Shown: positions 27,801 to 42,200, counted from the first letter of the stretch. The stretch: DNA of 64,000 bases from the human T2T-CHM13v2.0 reference genome, Homo sapiens (GCF_009914755.1 NC_060929.1), one strand, 5' to 3'. A program made the numbers and translations. Notes: generated from the letters alone by a model not told the origin.

Positions 27801-30800
27801 GAAGGAATTTAGGAAGCTGATCTGAATTTGCTTTCTAAAAGCCACAGGGTCAGCAAATTAGTTGTACCAATGGCGAACCCTTAGAATTTCATTTCCTAAG
27901 TATTTTTTGCTCTGGATTCCAAAAAACAGAGTTCTATTCATGAACTGGCAAAACACAGTGTGCCAATGGCATATTAGGTATTTAAGATACTCAAATTAAC
28001 AACATCTAAAGAAGAAGCAGCGGACTTAATTTGATAGGTGGCTTTCATTCCTCTTTAAAAAAATGGGGCTCAATGAAGCAACCGTGGGGGCCAGCAAAAC
28101 AGATTTCCAAGATAATTCTTCAAGTGAAAGGGAATTCTATTTGAGGAGAAGTATTGGGATCTTGTGAAACATAAAATCTTCAGGTAGAGGAATTGTAGGT
28201 AGAAAATGGAGAAACATTAGCAGAGCTTTTAAACCAAATCTTCAGCTGGGCTTTTGTTTAACACATATGCAAATTTGTGCACTGCTTCACTTGAATATTT
28301 ATTTACTGCATTTGTGAAGGAAATTGGGGGATTATAGCCTCTTCCCAGCTGTGTTTTAGTTAATGACTGGTCAGCCTATTAGCCTGCTCTACTAAACGGA
28401 TTCTCTGCACAAGCAACACCTTTTTTTACCCTGACTAGAAATTATTCACATAAACAACAGTGGGGGAAAACAGCAAACCAGATCCAGGGAGAGTTGTGCA
28501 CCAAAGATGAAAATATTCCCCCAAAATCATCAGGAATAAGCAAGAAAGTTATTTGATGATGATGACTTCTGCATTTTTATAATAAACAAAGCAAACATTT
28601 GCTATCAAATGTTGTGGGGGAAAGAAGGAGTTTCCCAGTCAAAATGTGTCTTTACTGAAAAGGGATTCAGGATGCTGTCTTAAGGGGCCTTTTTCTTCTT
28701 TTTCTTGTACTTGCTCATTTGTTGCCCCCTATAAGCACAGACATGTTTATCAATGAAAGTTTCATAAATTACTTGGGTGATTATTAATATTTGACATATT
28801 CACTGGATGCCTGAATTCACTATTTTCCCATGTCTTCTTATTGCCAAAGAGACAGAAGGAGAAAGAGTAAATAACATTTCTCTAGCAACCAAACACAGTG
28901 TACTGTCATTGTTCAAACCAACTCATTTACAGGCATCAGTCCTGGTTTTGAGATAAAATACTTGTATAATGTCAAGCTCATTTCTAAAGATTACTAGTGA
29001 GCAAATCTTTAGATCAAAAAGCTCTAATATAATAACCTTTGTCTAGCATTCTATCATTTATTGATAAGAAAAAGTAGCATCTATTTTCTAGTAAGTTTAT
29101 ATGTCTCAATCAATAGGGAAGAATGCCTCTTATTCCTAAAGTGTCTGTCTTCTTTAAATCCTTTCAAATTTTGTTTAATGTAGATCCATCCTTCTGGGTG
29201 AGAACATGCACTAATTCTAATACAATTAGAGTTAGTTGTATTAGAGTTAATCGATGGAAATGAATGAGCCAAATTCTTACCACCAAAGTTCTGAATTTTT
29301 TCTGGCTGGGTCTAAGAAAAACCTGCACTTTGATTTGCTTTTATGAGTAAGGTGATCTTTGTAGAATACATTTAAATGAAGTATTTATCGAAAGTATTAA
29401 TATTTAAGATGATTTATATAAACAACTCATTTGTGCCTGTTTAAATAGGAAGTATTTCTACAAATAAAGAGACAGCAGCAGAGAAATTGAGAGCTACTTG
29501 GACATGAGAAAATGTTATTGGTGCAAAATGATAATTTCTCACAGTTGGAAAATTGAATATTGTGTGTTAGACTGACAACTTAAATATTTACAGAACAACA
29601 ACAAATAATAAAGGGAAAGATGCTGTCAGACTTCAAGATAAATAGAAAAGTAACAATTACATTCATAAAAGAATATTACAAGGATAAATATTTTACCTAA
29701 GAAACCTGATTTACTTATTTAATTGCTAAGATCATATCCCTTTTCCCTATAATACTTATAACCTCTTTCAAGATAGCAGAAAAGTTTCAGCTATACAGTT
29801 TATGCCATACTCCTACATTGGAAGTGAATGGGATGTATATATCAATGGCATCATTTTTCCCCTTCAAACATGAATTTATAAACCATCTCATAAGCTCATC
29901 AGGCATATTTCTTGTTCATTCCTTCTGTGGGCAGAGGCAGACAGATTGCTGGATCAGATAGTGCAATACGCTGTATACTGCATTTGAAATGTGCCTTTTT
30001 TAAAAGCAGCAGATTTATTGATTTTCTTAAGTAGAAAATATGCACCCGGACATTAGACAAACACAGACTAAACACAGACTGAGGAAAAGCTGATAATTTG
30101 ATTAAACTGACTGAGCTTTTGTTGTCTGTGTTTGGGGAATTTCCAATAATGTACAAGTGCCAAGCGCCCCTCTTCTGAATTTAACAAATCTAATCCCTAA
30201 GCACAATGAAGTTTACAATTACCCTGTATTTGGAGAATTGTTTATCTTTAGAAAAATATTTTGTTGAACTAATATATTCCTTAGGTTGAAAGGAAAGTGG
30301 GGTGAATATCTTGCCTTGCTCAAGATACAGGACTTTACTCAGAAATAGGTAATTATTAACCAGACAAATAGCATTGGATGTTGATGCTATAGTTGCTGAT
30401 ATATGCTTATACCAGTAATACCATGAATTTTATTTTGTTGATATCTATGTGTTATTTTGTTTAGTTGCATCTTAACTAAAATATTTAATGTCTAAGAAAT
30501 ATTTTATGTCTATATATTATTTCATAAATGGAAATAGGACATCATTTTTTAAAACATCATTAAGTATTTGAATAATCAAGAATATTGAGAAATAATTGAT
30601 AAAACGTAATTTACTCAATTTGGGGGCCAGACTGAGTATTTCAGTTTCAAAATGCTTCACTGTGTAGTATCATTTCACATGTCATAGAGAGCTGTTTGAC
30701 TGTCTTCAGATGTCAAAAAGCTCTGGTTATTTAATTTACCTTTGCAGATGCCTGCAATGAAATTAGTGACAGCAGGTGTGTGTGTGGGTGGGGAGCTAGA

Positions 30801-31324
30801 GGGATGAGGGAGTAATAGCTAAAAGTATGTGAGGATTGCTGAGTTTTATGAATTAGTTGAAGGAGACCTTATGAACTTTTATTGTGAACACCTCTGAACT
30901 GTCCTTGTATCTCTTTTTTTCTCATTTATACCATGATATTTAGAACAGAATCTAATTCCCTAATATTCTGCAAACACCATGCTGTAAAATAACTATTCCC
31001 AGCTGCTTCACCATAGAGACTCTTATCTTTACTGTTTCCAAAGCCTCCACTTGCTAGGTGTTTAATTATTCTTTTTGCATATTGTTCTGAACCTCCTATT
31101 AACCATTATTTCACAATGATATGTACCACTAGCTGAATCCTGAGATTTTCATGTCTTATCATAATGATATTTTCCCTCTTTCTAATTTCTGCCAACTCGA
31201 TTCATATTGGATAGCTCTTCCAGAACTCTCCACTCTAGCTCATTTGGCTAGTAAGATATTTGATTACAACTTTTCAAAAATTTCTGTGCATATATTTGAA
31301 GGTCTAGATTCTTTTCCTTAGCCT

Positions 31325-31450
31325 ATGTATACACATATGCATACATAAATATATATTTATGCATATATTTATATGCATAATTTATAAATGTATACATGGA
31401 TGTTTATACATATACATTTATGTATATATATACACACACACATATATATT
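31325..31450. repeat. TA/CA-rich low-complexity tract with serial palindromes
   Basis: cataaatat|atatttatg; ttatgcatata-tt-tatatgcataa; ataaatgtata...tatacatttat. Confidence 0.85.
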
Positions 31451-32264
31451 TAAGCAGAGATAGACCCTAAAAGGTAATTATTACAGTGACCAAGTAGAGT
31501 CACAACGCAGAAGTCACCAGTTTCATAAAAACTGCTGATCACTGGTGGGACACCTAAAGAATTAGCAAGATAATTTCAATCTTGCTTCTCATTACTTACT
31601 GAAATTAAAATTCAATTACAGAGTCTACTGTGCTTTTTTAATTTCTTTCAAATCTAGAATATTTATGGCAAATTAAGGTAACACTGAAGTTTAAAATCAT
31701 TTTGCTTTTCTTGTATTAAGATAGGAATTATTGAATGATTGATCTCAGTTGTTTTGAGGATGTTTAAACCAAGCCACATAAGAGACAGATTTAAAGATAA
31801 TTTAAACCTATTCTCTTTCTGATTTGCCTCTCTGCCTCTTAAGTGTATGACAAAGACATTTTCCACCAATTCTTTTTCACCCAGCATGAACTCATTAGGG
31901 GAAATAACATATAAGGAAAAGCAAGCTGCCAGTTTCTCAGAGGACATTTTATTAGATGTGTGAGTCTTATTCCAATAACTTCCAATGGCAATTCAAATAT
32001 GTCTCATCTCATTCTGTAATTAATATTTTTACATTTAGAATTAATATATGTATACACACACAGATTCTTTTTAGTGTTCTAAGAACTCCATCAAATGTAA
32101 CCAAATTGTAGTCTTTTTAACTCATTTTCTTGCTCCTTTAATCCACCCTTATGAAAAGAATCTGGGGGAGAAAGTCATTCTCACTAACCGCATCAAATAT
32201 GACATTCTGGTGCTTAATATTGGGATGATAGTTTTCCTTAGAGAAGTCAATCTATTTGGTTGAA

Positions 32265-32395
32265 TGACTAGAACTCAGGAAACCTTGTGATTTCACCTTG
32301 GGCAGTTTATGTATTTTTTCTCCATATCTGTTTCCTCATCTGCAAAATAAGAAAGTTAGAATAAATGTTCCTTCCAACTTAAGGCTCTAAAGTAA
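32265..32395 (+). mobile_element. MIR/MIR3 fragment
   Basis: accttgggcagttta...ctgtttcctcatctgcaaaataag...ccttccaact. Confidence 0.65.
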
Positions 32396-33419
32396 TAATA
32401 TTTATGTTCTATAGAGTTTTATTTTCTCTCTGTTAAGACTTTCTTTTATTTACAATGATGAGACCCTTTGAACTTGATAATCAGGGCTGTCATTAGAGTC
32501 TAGAGTCCCTGGGTATTGAGTCAAACTCCTATGACCCATACTCCATAAAACCTAATTCAAATCACAAAACAATGCTGTGGGTGGTATAGTTGTGTGCTCT
32601 AGCAGCATGTGGGAGGCTTTACTGGAAGGTATCAACTGAAAGGAAACACACATGAAAATATCCCGTCACCCACACTGAAACCTTCCGCAGTAGACTGAGG
32701 CCTTTCATGGGATCTCCCAAGCTTGACCGCCCACTGATGCTATCCTGTCATCAAACTTCTCTTCTCTCTTTCAAAAAATTATTAAGCACAGACTCTTATA
32801 ATATATTCTTTGCTGGTGATGCGTCTTCCAAATACCTTGAAATAACTAGCTTTTCATACAAGGTTTTAATGCATTTATTTTTTTACCCAAACATTCTACA
32901 TAGTTTTTTCTTCATAGCACTTGAAATTTCCTGGACTTTGGTAGGATGGAGAAAAAAACAGACTTGGTAATCTCTATTGAGGAAATTGTTTTTAGATAGT
33001 AGCAACATTATTTCCTATATCTAAATAGAAAGAAATAACTTTGCCTTAAATGTAGGTTATTCAATTATTTTTAAAGTAGCAGAAGCTTTTATTAATTGGC
33101 AGTCTTCTTAAACTCTTAATTTTATCTCTTGACAACAATATTTAGTTTAGATTTTAATTTTTATTGTTTTCATGGATATATGTTTTTTTCAAAGATGTAA
33201 CATGCCTTAACTGGACTATAAGTCTACACAGATTACGTATGACCAAATGTTAGCCATATTCTCTTATAAAAAAAGCCATTACTGTTTTCAAAGTGTTATT
33301 TCTTCTAATGCAGATATTTACAGTAATGCAAATGAAATTATAATAACCTATTAGGTTTTTAGAGTAGAGAAGAATGATATAGCTGCCCATGTCATGTTAT
33401 TCATATATTCAGAAAACTA

Positions 33420-33743
<324 letters not shown>

Positions 33744-34069
33744 AGAAAACCAAAGGCAGCTTCCTCTAATCATTAACAGTATTATAATTATTTTAAGTAC
33801 TCTCTTAAGAAATCACACATAATAGTAAAAGTATAGATTTTTTCATAGTAGTAAGTTAATGATTTTTATTCCAAAGATAGATATTTATCAAAATTTAACC
33901 TACATTACTTGAACAAGTATGTATCGATCTAGACAATAGTGGTAGAGAAGGAGGAAGGTATAGATAAGATATGGTTCTAGACACAAAGTTATTCCTAATC
34001 TATTGGAAGAGATAAGGAAGGGGTAACAGTAACTATAGTAGAAGGTGGTAAGACATTTAAATTTAAAAA

Positions 34070-34094
34070 TGTGTGTGTGTGTGTGTGTGTGTGT
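34070..34094. repeat. (TG)n microsatellite
   Basis: Read directly. Confidence 0.95.
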
Positions 34095-34275
34095 CTGAAC
34101 TGAAAGTTTTGGCAGGAAGAAACAGGGAAGACTTCAGGTGAGGTTGACATCTGTGTTGCTCTTTAAAGGAATGACTATTTCAACATATGGAAAAAGTGGG
34201 GAAACCTCTTGACCATGTGAAGGCAGTGGCATCACCACTGTGTTATTAACCAAGTTCATTCAAGAATGATAAGCA

Positions 34276-34398
34276 GACCAGACACAGTGGCTCATGTCTG
34301 TAATCCAAGTGCTTTGGGAGGCTGAAGCACAAGGTTGGCTTGAGGCCAGGAGTTTGAGACCAACCTGGGCAACACAGTGAGACCACATCTCTAAAAAA
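34276..34398 (+). mobile_element. FLAM-type Alu monomer
   Basis: Single left monomer ending cctgggcaacacagtgagaccacatctctaaaaaa; TSD-like aatgataagcag / aatgataagtag. Confidence 0.88.
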
Positions 34399-35829
34399 GG
34401 AAAATGATAAGTAGGATTTGGCGGGAAAAGTGCAGGGTATTTGGAGAGAACTTGCAGGTTGTGTATCACAAAAGTTAGGCACTTCCTGATTTGTAGCGGG
34501 CCTTGAAAGCCTTAGGTTTTGTTTTATAGGCAGTAAGAACTCATTAAGGTGAATGAAGATAGAAGAAAATGAGTGGCTTGCAATAATGAACTGGGAGACA
34601 GAAATGAGCAGTCAAGAGAGAATCATGTAGGGAGAGAATACAATAATGTGGATAAACCAAAATGAAAGTCTGAATAAAAGAATGCCAATAGAAAGGAAAT
34701 GGAGCCATTAGGTGCATGAGAAATTCCAGAAAAAAATTCAGAGATTATGAAGACTATTAAATATATGTCCATGGGGGGAATGTACGGACACAAAAGGGAT
34801 TTGAGACTGGACTGCTAGAAGAGTGATAAAACTACTAACATAAAACACACATGGGGATGGTAAGAAAAGAAGACAAATATGGTGAAAACAACTTTATGCA
34901 CATTATTTAGAGCCATCCAAATGACACTGGAAAAGGAACTCAGCTACAGCAGTGTGACTGTGATATGGTAGAGTAGGAGAAGCCTGAGCTTTTTTTATAC
35001 CGGAAGAAGTAGTATAAAACGAAAGTGTTAAATGAAATGAAAGGCCAGGTAATAAATCAACTAGAGAATGATATCAAAGATAATTATATTTATCATTGAA
35101 ATATTCTTTCTGTCACCAATTAAAAACCTCTTCATGCCTTCCTCTCCCAGCCCTGACCTTCTCCCAGGCTTGAGATCTTGATTATGATCTGAACTGTGAA
35201 GTTAGAATGAAGAATTAGTTGGTTGTTATCTTCATAGAGGTGAAAGTAAGACTTTCGGAAGTGGATGGTATCAGGAAATGCAGTGAGAATAGGGAAGATA
35301 AAGGAAAGAGCCTTAGAGGAATGCCTAGATTTAGGTTTGTAATAGAAGCAAGAGAAATAGAGAAAGCAAAGGGAGAGACATTGGAAGAGAATCTAGAGAG
35401 AAAGTGTCAGGAAAATTGACTTTTCTGGAAGGAGGAAAAGAGAAGTGGTCAAGAAATCCCATATGCTTTGGTGAGATTCATGCAGATAGTAATGAGAGGA
35501 AGCAACCAGAGAAGAAATATTATAAGATGTTTGACTCAAAGGCAAGATTTTCAGATGTTGCAGGGAGATGTAGGGACTGTCCTGATTAAGGCTGAGTAGG
35601 ACAAGGTAAATACTAGGTAGGGAATGAGGCAATGGGTGGATAGGACAAAAGTGGCGAAAAAGAGAGAGAGAAAAAAAGAAAGAATGAAAGAAAGAAAGAA
35701 AGCAAACAGTGGGGAGACAGGGTCAAAATTTGTGTGGAATTTGTAATCATGCATAAAAGTTGATTGAAGAGGTTATGTGGAAGAACTTTTTAGGAATAAA
35801 GAAGAATTTGGTTAAAATAATGTGTAGAG

Positions 35830-36140
<311 letters not shown>

Positions 36141-36285
36141 TAGAGAGCTAATCATCCCCAAAGTTGCAGTTGTAATGTCAAAATGTCTGACAACTTGAAA
36201 TCTTGGTCATCAAGGTTTATTGGTTCTACTGAAAACCTTGCCATTAAGCTGATGATATTAGGTCACAGATTTTGAGACAACAGTC

Positions 36286-36655
36286 TGATATAGACTGAAC
36301 TGTATCCTGCCAAAATGTATATGTTGAAGTTCTTACCCCCAATATGATTATATTTCCAGTTGGGGCCATTGTAAGGTAACTAGGTGCAGATGAGGTCATA
36401 AGGGTTGAGTCCTCATAGTGGATTAGTGCCCTTATAAGAAAAGACATCAGACAACTAACTCTCCTTCTGCCATGAGGGGATGCAGCAAAAAACTGGCCAA
36501 CTGCAAGCCAAGAAGTGAGTGTTCACCAGAACCTGACTATGCTGTCACCCTGTTCCTGAACTTTCAGCATTCAGAACTGTGAGAAATTAAGTTTCTGTCA
36601 TTCAAGCCAGTCAGTCTATGATATTTTGTTATGGCAGACCAAACTGACTAAGACT
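36286..36655 (+). mobile_element. MaLR solo LTR (MLT1A/A0-like), complete
   Basis: tgatatagactgaa...tatgttgaagt...cagaactgtgagaaatta...actgactaagact, 370 bp; perfect 5-bp TSD cagtc at 36281-36285 and 36656-36660. Confidence 0.92.
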
Positions 36656-36964
36656 CAGTCATTGATACTTTTTTTCCCCTAATTTGTGGTATTTATAGTT
36701 GTACCATCTTATTATCATCTCATTCAAGATCGTGAAACTTGTGAAAGAATTAAAACAGAATCCTACTCTTCAAAAGGTTTGAATAGAAATAAGTAATAAG
36801 TGATTAAAATAGAATTTAGGCTTGTGAACTAATAAAAAAAAGTAATAAAAATCATAAAACAGAGAAAGAAAGGAATGAAGGATAAAAGAAATAGAGTCCT
36901 TTGGAATCATAAAATGTCTTGCAAACGTCATCAAGTAGAATAGATTAGCAACAATACCAATTGA

Positions 36965-37130
36965 AATGGATTGACCTCTTACTACATTCTAGGCACCTTC
37001 ACTTTCCAAAGCTTTTTCATTTATCCTCAAATAACCTTCTGAGGAAGGTGAAATACCATTTCTACCCTCATTCTATAAGGTAAAAATAAAGCCCAGGGAG
37101 GTAAAATGAAACTTTCCCAATATTACAGTG
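36965..37130 (-). mobile_element. MIR fragment
   Basis: tttcatttatcctcaaataaccttctgaggaaggtg...taaagcccagggaggtaaaatga. Confidence 0.6.
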
Positions 37131-39069
37131 AAATAGCAATTCCAATGCAAGCCTATGAAAGAGCTAGGACTATACTTTAAAGCATTCATATGCTCCATAA
37201 GATTTACCTCAGTAAAAACTATTTTCTCCTTATTTTTTACTTATATATAAAGCTACACCCACATAAAATACTTTTTATTAGCATTTACTTACTACTTCTC
37301 AATCTTAAAACGGAGGCAAATGTATATGAAATGTCTAGGACAAGGTTTAAATTTTAAACTTTTAAGAATATGTTCCTGAAATGTTCACCATTTAGCTAAA
37401 CTCTAGTTACTTTTCTATCTTCACACAAACCCGCAACGAAGATCTAGTATCTTGATCAATCCAAGTGAAAGGAAAAACTTTTATTTTTCAATGTGTCTCT
37501 CTTATTTCCTAATTGCAATTAAAAAATTGTCTATCTAAGTTTAGTTGTGACTTTCAAACTTGGATTTTAAAATAGAAAAGGGAACTATAACACTCTTCCT
37601 AGTGTTAAGTCTGACAGTTTAGGTGTGTTGTCATTAGTGGAGTAAGTAAACAAACTCTGACTTTATCTAGCCCAGGTTGTTTTACACCTAACTGATTTTA
37701 TTAATGAGATCTTGTTCAGCCCCTCCAGTGTGTTGGCTAGAACACTGAGCTGGATGGCCTGTGTTTTATTTAGATCAGCACATTTTGTGGCTATGGGATG
37801 GTTAACACACTTCCTTGGGGTTCTGGGTGGTGGAAGCAAGTAAAATTTTACTAGGTGGCCTTAGAGGGAACCCGTGGTTTTATACTACTTCCAGGAGAGG
37901 AAGAGCAACAGGGAGCGACTTGATCCTGCTGGAGACATTGTCCAAGGGTGCGTTAACAGGAAAGGATGTCCAGGACAGAGCTGGCCAATTCTGCTAGAGG
38001 CCAGCTGACATTCATGTGGTTTATCTAGATCATCCCTATGAATGTCACTGAGGAAACAGTGTTTAACTTCTTAAAATATCTCCTACAAAACTAAAAGGAA
38101 ATTGCACCAAGTATGGCATCTGGGAGTGAGGTACACAGCTGCCAAAGACAGGAAATCTAAAGTAAAGCTGCCTCCCCCAACCATTAGATTCCTTTAAAAA
38201 TAATTCAGATTCTATGATAATCTAAATGAATACAGTCAGAGAGATTCTGAATTTCATTGTTTTCTAAGCAGTCTAAGCTAATGTGTCTCAGATTTTCCAT
38301 TGGTGGTTGGTGTGATGATGCAAATAGAAGGAACAGGTTGGTGATTTGTATTAAAAAAAGACGTAGAACAACTTCCAATTGGTTACAATTTACAGTTGGC
38401 CAAGGAGTAAACACAACTTCTAGACTTGCCAGCCTTCTCAAATTGGCCATTTTTATCTCTCTTCCTGCGCTAGTTGCTCAAAGCCATATCCAAAAGTACC
38501 CTGACACAAAACCACTGAAGGGTGTGGTCTCTGCTTGTCCTGGGCAATGAACAGGGAAGCTATTTATGTCTAGGGCATCTCTATTCAGTGACTCATGTTT
38601 CGACTGGAAAATTGGCCACAGCTTTCTAGCAGCTCTTTCCTGCCAGCTCTCCTGGCATGCTACCCAATGCTTCCACTGCCCCACCCTCTCTCTCCTTGCC
38701 CAGTCTGCTTTTATATTCCTGAAGCCCCCACTTAATAATAGTCATTGTTCCATGTTAACCTTGAGGATCTGGGAGAAAGGACAATGAAGGGCATAGCTGT
38801 ATGCTGTAATGAGCATTTGGCGCTATAGCAGGTGGAAAAGGCTTTGGGGATCTGGGCAGATTAGGAGGAGAGGGGGCTCTAGCAGATGTTGAAGCAAGAT
38901 GATGTATTGCTGCTCACTCTGGGATTCAGACAATACCAGTGCAAAAGTAGAATAGGGAAAAGGGGAAAAAATTGATCCCTTCTGAAACAAACTGCACTAG
39001 AAACCAGACACACTTGAAAGTGAGCATTTAAGAGACAAATTTGTTGCCAGGCCCTGGGTTTTCTCCTGC

Positions 39070-39122
39070 CTTTTCTTTCTCTCTCTCTCTGTCTCTCTCT
39101 TTCTCTCTCACTTTCTCTTTTC
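39070..39122. repeat. (TC)n-rich polypyrimidine tract
   Basis: Read directly. Confidence 0.9.
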
Positions 39123-40559
39123 TGATAGCATATCAATTGCCAAATTGTCCTTTTAATTAGATTGTTAACTACATCCAGGGCTGGACATATTTCCTATCAG
39201 TTTAAGGTTCTTATTAATATGACTTTTTTGCACCAAAAAAAAAATAGCAGTGGATGGATCAAGAATTTCATTTTCATTTTAGCCTTATCTGAGAACCAGG
39301 AAGCCATGTTAAGCAAAGGCAAATGCCATTTAAATGATGATTAGTTCACCATTTGAAGAAATATATATTTAAAGCTGTCCTTTTGCACTGAGCTAGGCAA
39401 TTAAATAACAAAAATGTTGACATTAACAAATGCTTCATTCACTTTATAAAGAATAATACAAATAAACCTTAATCTTAATAGGTTTGTGATATTTTCAGTT
39501 CTGATTTTTAATATTTATTGCAATATGTTTTGTAAAATTCTAAAAATAAAGATAGATGAATTACCTACTGTAAGATATGGTTTGCACAATTATTCATATA
39601 TATGCATTCACACACATGTATATAATACATTCTGGGTGTGGAATGAAAGCCAAAATCCAAGTATTCATCAAATGTAGACAAAAAAAAATCACAATCCTTA
39701 AATGTTGATAACACTGAAAACAATTGTGGACAAACATATTTCAGAGAGTGGTATATATGAAGGTTTGGATTGTCAAAAATTAGTCCTAGGAATTTTAGCT
39801 TCCCTTTTCCTCAGCACTCAATACATTTACTCTACCACATCAATTTGAATAAAAACAGGAACAAAATCTATTGATATTTCACCCATAAGAAAGACATTAG
39901 AAGCTAGAGATTGTAACCTATAACTTTTATCTACTTGGCTACATTGTCTATGACTAGATTTACTTAGAGACCATCTTTATGATAGGAAAAAATGATAGAG
40001 CAAATAGAGAAATAATGATGAGAAGAATTTTCCTCTTTCTAGTAACAGTTAATTGACTAGAAAGCCTGTTTGTGCTCATCATATATTATTTAGATTTTAT
40101 TTAAACAGTAGCAGTTAAGTCGAGTACTACTATTTACATTGTCATAAATCTGATTTGAATAAAGTTTCATAGATTTTGTGTCTGCACTGCCATATCTACA
40201 AAGCAGTAAAAGGCACTAGCTGGGTAGGTAGTTATCAAGAATGACAAATATCCTAAAGTTGTTAAATCTCCCATTCTGAGGAGTTGAAGTGGGAAATGGA
40301 GAGATTATTCAACTCTATCAACATCTGATACAGTAATTTGACTTACTTAATCATTATGTCTCATCTTCCATTATTAATTTAAACAATTTTGGAATTTATG
40401 TATTCACGAATCAGACTTGTGTGATAGTAAATACGCATTAAAAATAGTATTTTGTGGAATATTTCAGAACTTGTACTTTTTACCATTTGTTCTTAGGCAG
40501 GTAGAATCAAGTAGTTCACTAAGGCTTGAATAATAGAGGGTAAACCTCCTAGTTCTAAG

Positions 40560-40904
40560 ATGTCTGATATCTGCTCTGTAAAAAAATAAAATAAAATCAC
40601 CCAAATTTCACTACAATAAAACAAGAGCCATTTTATTATGCTCAAACAATCCATGGGTCAGAACAAGGCAGAGTGGATATGGCTTATTCTATTATCATGC
40701 TCTATGTCTGCAGCATTAATTGAGGAAACTCAAATGATGGAGATTACCAGTGTTGCTGGGGTGTGGAATGAGCTAGAAGCTCGTTCATTCACATAAATGT
40801 TGCCTGGTTGGAATACCTCCAAATCTGAACTCAGCTTTGACTGTCAATGGAGTGCAGCTTGTGACCTCTCCATGTAGTTTGAGCCTTTCAAAAAATGAAG
40901 TGTG
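40560..40904 (-). mobile_element. MaLR LTR (MLT1H-like), left part
   Basis: ccattttattatgctcaaacaatccatgggtcagaa...ctcagctttgactgtcaatggagtg...tgacctctccatgtagtttgagcct. Confidence 0.7.
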
Positions 40905-42200
40905 GCTACCTACAACCAACTGATTTTCAAAAAGTCAACAAAAATATGAAGTGGAAAAAGGACACTCTATTCAGTAAATGGTACTGAAACAATTAAATAG
41001 CCATATGCAGAAAAATGAAACTGGACCCCTATCCTTTACCATATATAAAATTAACTCAAGATTAATAAAGACTTATATGCAAGACCTGAAACTATAAAAA
41101 TCTTATAGGAAAAACTCTTCCAGACTCTGGCATAAGCAAAGATTTTATGACCAAGACCTCAAAAGCAAATGCAACAAAAAGAAAAATAGACAAATGGGTC
41201 TTAATTAAAGAGCTTCTGCACAGCAAGAAAAAATAATAATAATAATAAACAGAGTAAACAAACAACTTACAAAATGGGAAAAAATATTTGCAAACTATGT
41301 GTCTGACACAGAACTAACATCCGGAATCCAGAAGCAACTCAAAACAACTCAAGAAGAAAAAAACAATCCCATTTAGAAGTGGACAAAGGAAATGGACAGA
41401 CACTTCTCAGAAGACATACAGGTGGCCAACAAACATGAAAAAATGCCCAATATCACTAATCATCAGAGAAATGAAAATCAAAACCACAATGAGATGCCAT
41501 CACACACCAGTCAGAATGGCTGTTATTAAAAAGTTAAAAAGCCACAGATATCGGTGAGGATGTGTAGAAAAGGGAATGCTTATACACCGTTGGTGGGAAT
41601 GTAAATTAGTACAACCCTTACAGAAAAAAATATGGAGATTTCTCAAATAACTAAAAATTGAACTACCATTCCACCCAGCAATTTCACTACCGTGTATCTA
41701 CCCAAAGGAAATCATTATATCAAAAAGACACCTGCACTTGTATGTTTATGACAGCAGTATCTGCAATAGCAAAGTCATGGAATCATATAAGTGTCCATCA
41801 ACAAATGACTGGATGAAGAAAATGTAGTATATAAACCCCATGGAATACTCTGCAGCCATAAAAAGAATAAAATCATGTCTTTTGCAACAACATGATTGAA
41901 ACTGAAGGCCATTGCCTTAAGTGAAATAACTCAGAAATAGAAAGTCAAATATCACATGTTCTCACCTATAAGTGAGAGCTAAACAGTGGATATACATGGA
42001 CATAGAGGGTGGAATAATAGACACTGAGTATTTCAAAAGCGGGGAGTGTGGGAGAGAGGTGAGGGTTGAAAAATTACCTACTGGGTATAATGTTTACTAT
42101 TTAGGTGATGGGTACACTAGAAGCCCAAGCCTCACCATCATGCAATATATCCATGTGACAAACCTGCACATGTACCTCCTGAATCTATAAAATTAAAATT
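40905..42200 (+). mobile_element. L1 (L1PB-like), 5'-truncated, ~1.3 kb
   Basis: ORF2 3' sequence (acctacaaccaactgattttc..., aaaaccacaatgagatgccatc) and 3'UTR ending aacctgcacatgtacctcctgaatctataaaa; degenerate TSD aaaaatgaagtgtg / aaaaatgatatatg. Confidence 0.93.

Noticed and set aside
30155-30180. Possible CTCF sites (also about 25670 and 38825)
   Set aside because: There are several mismatches at core positions of CCASYAGRKGGCRS.
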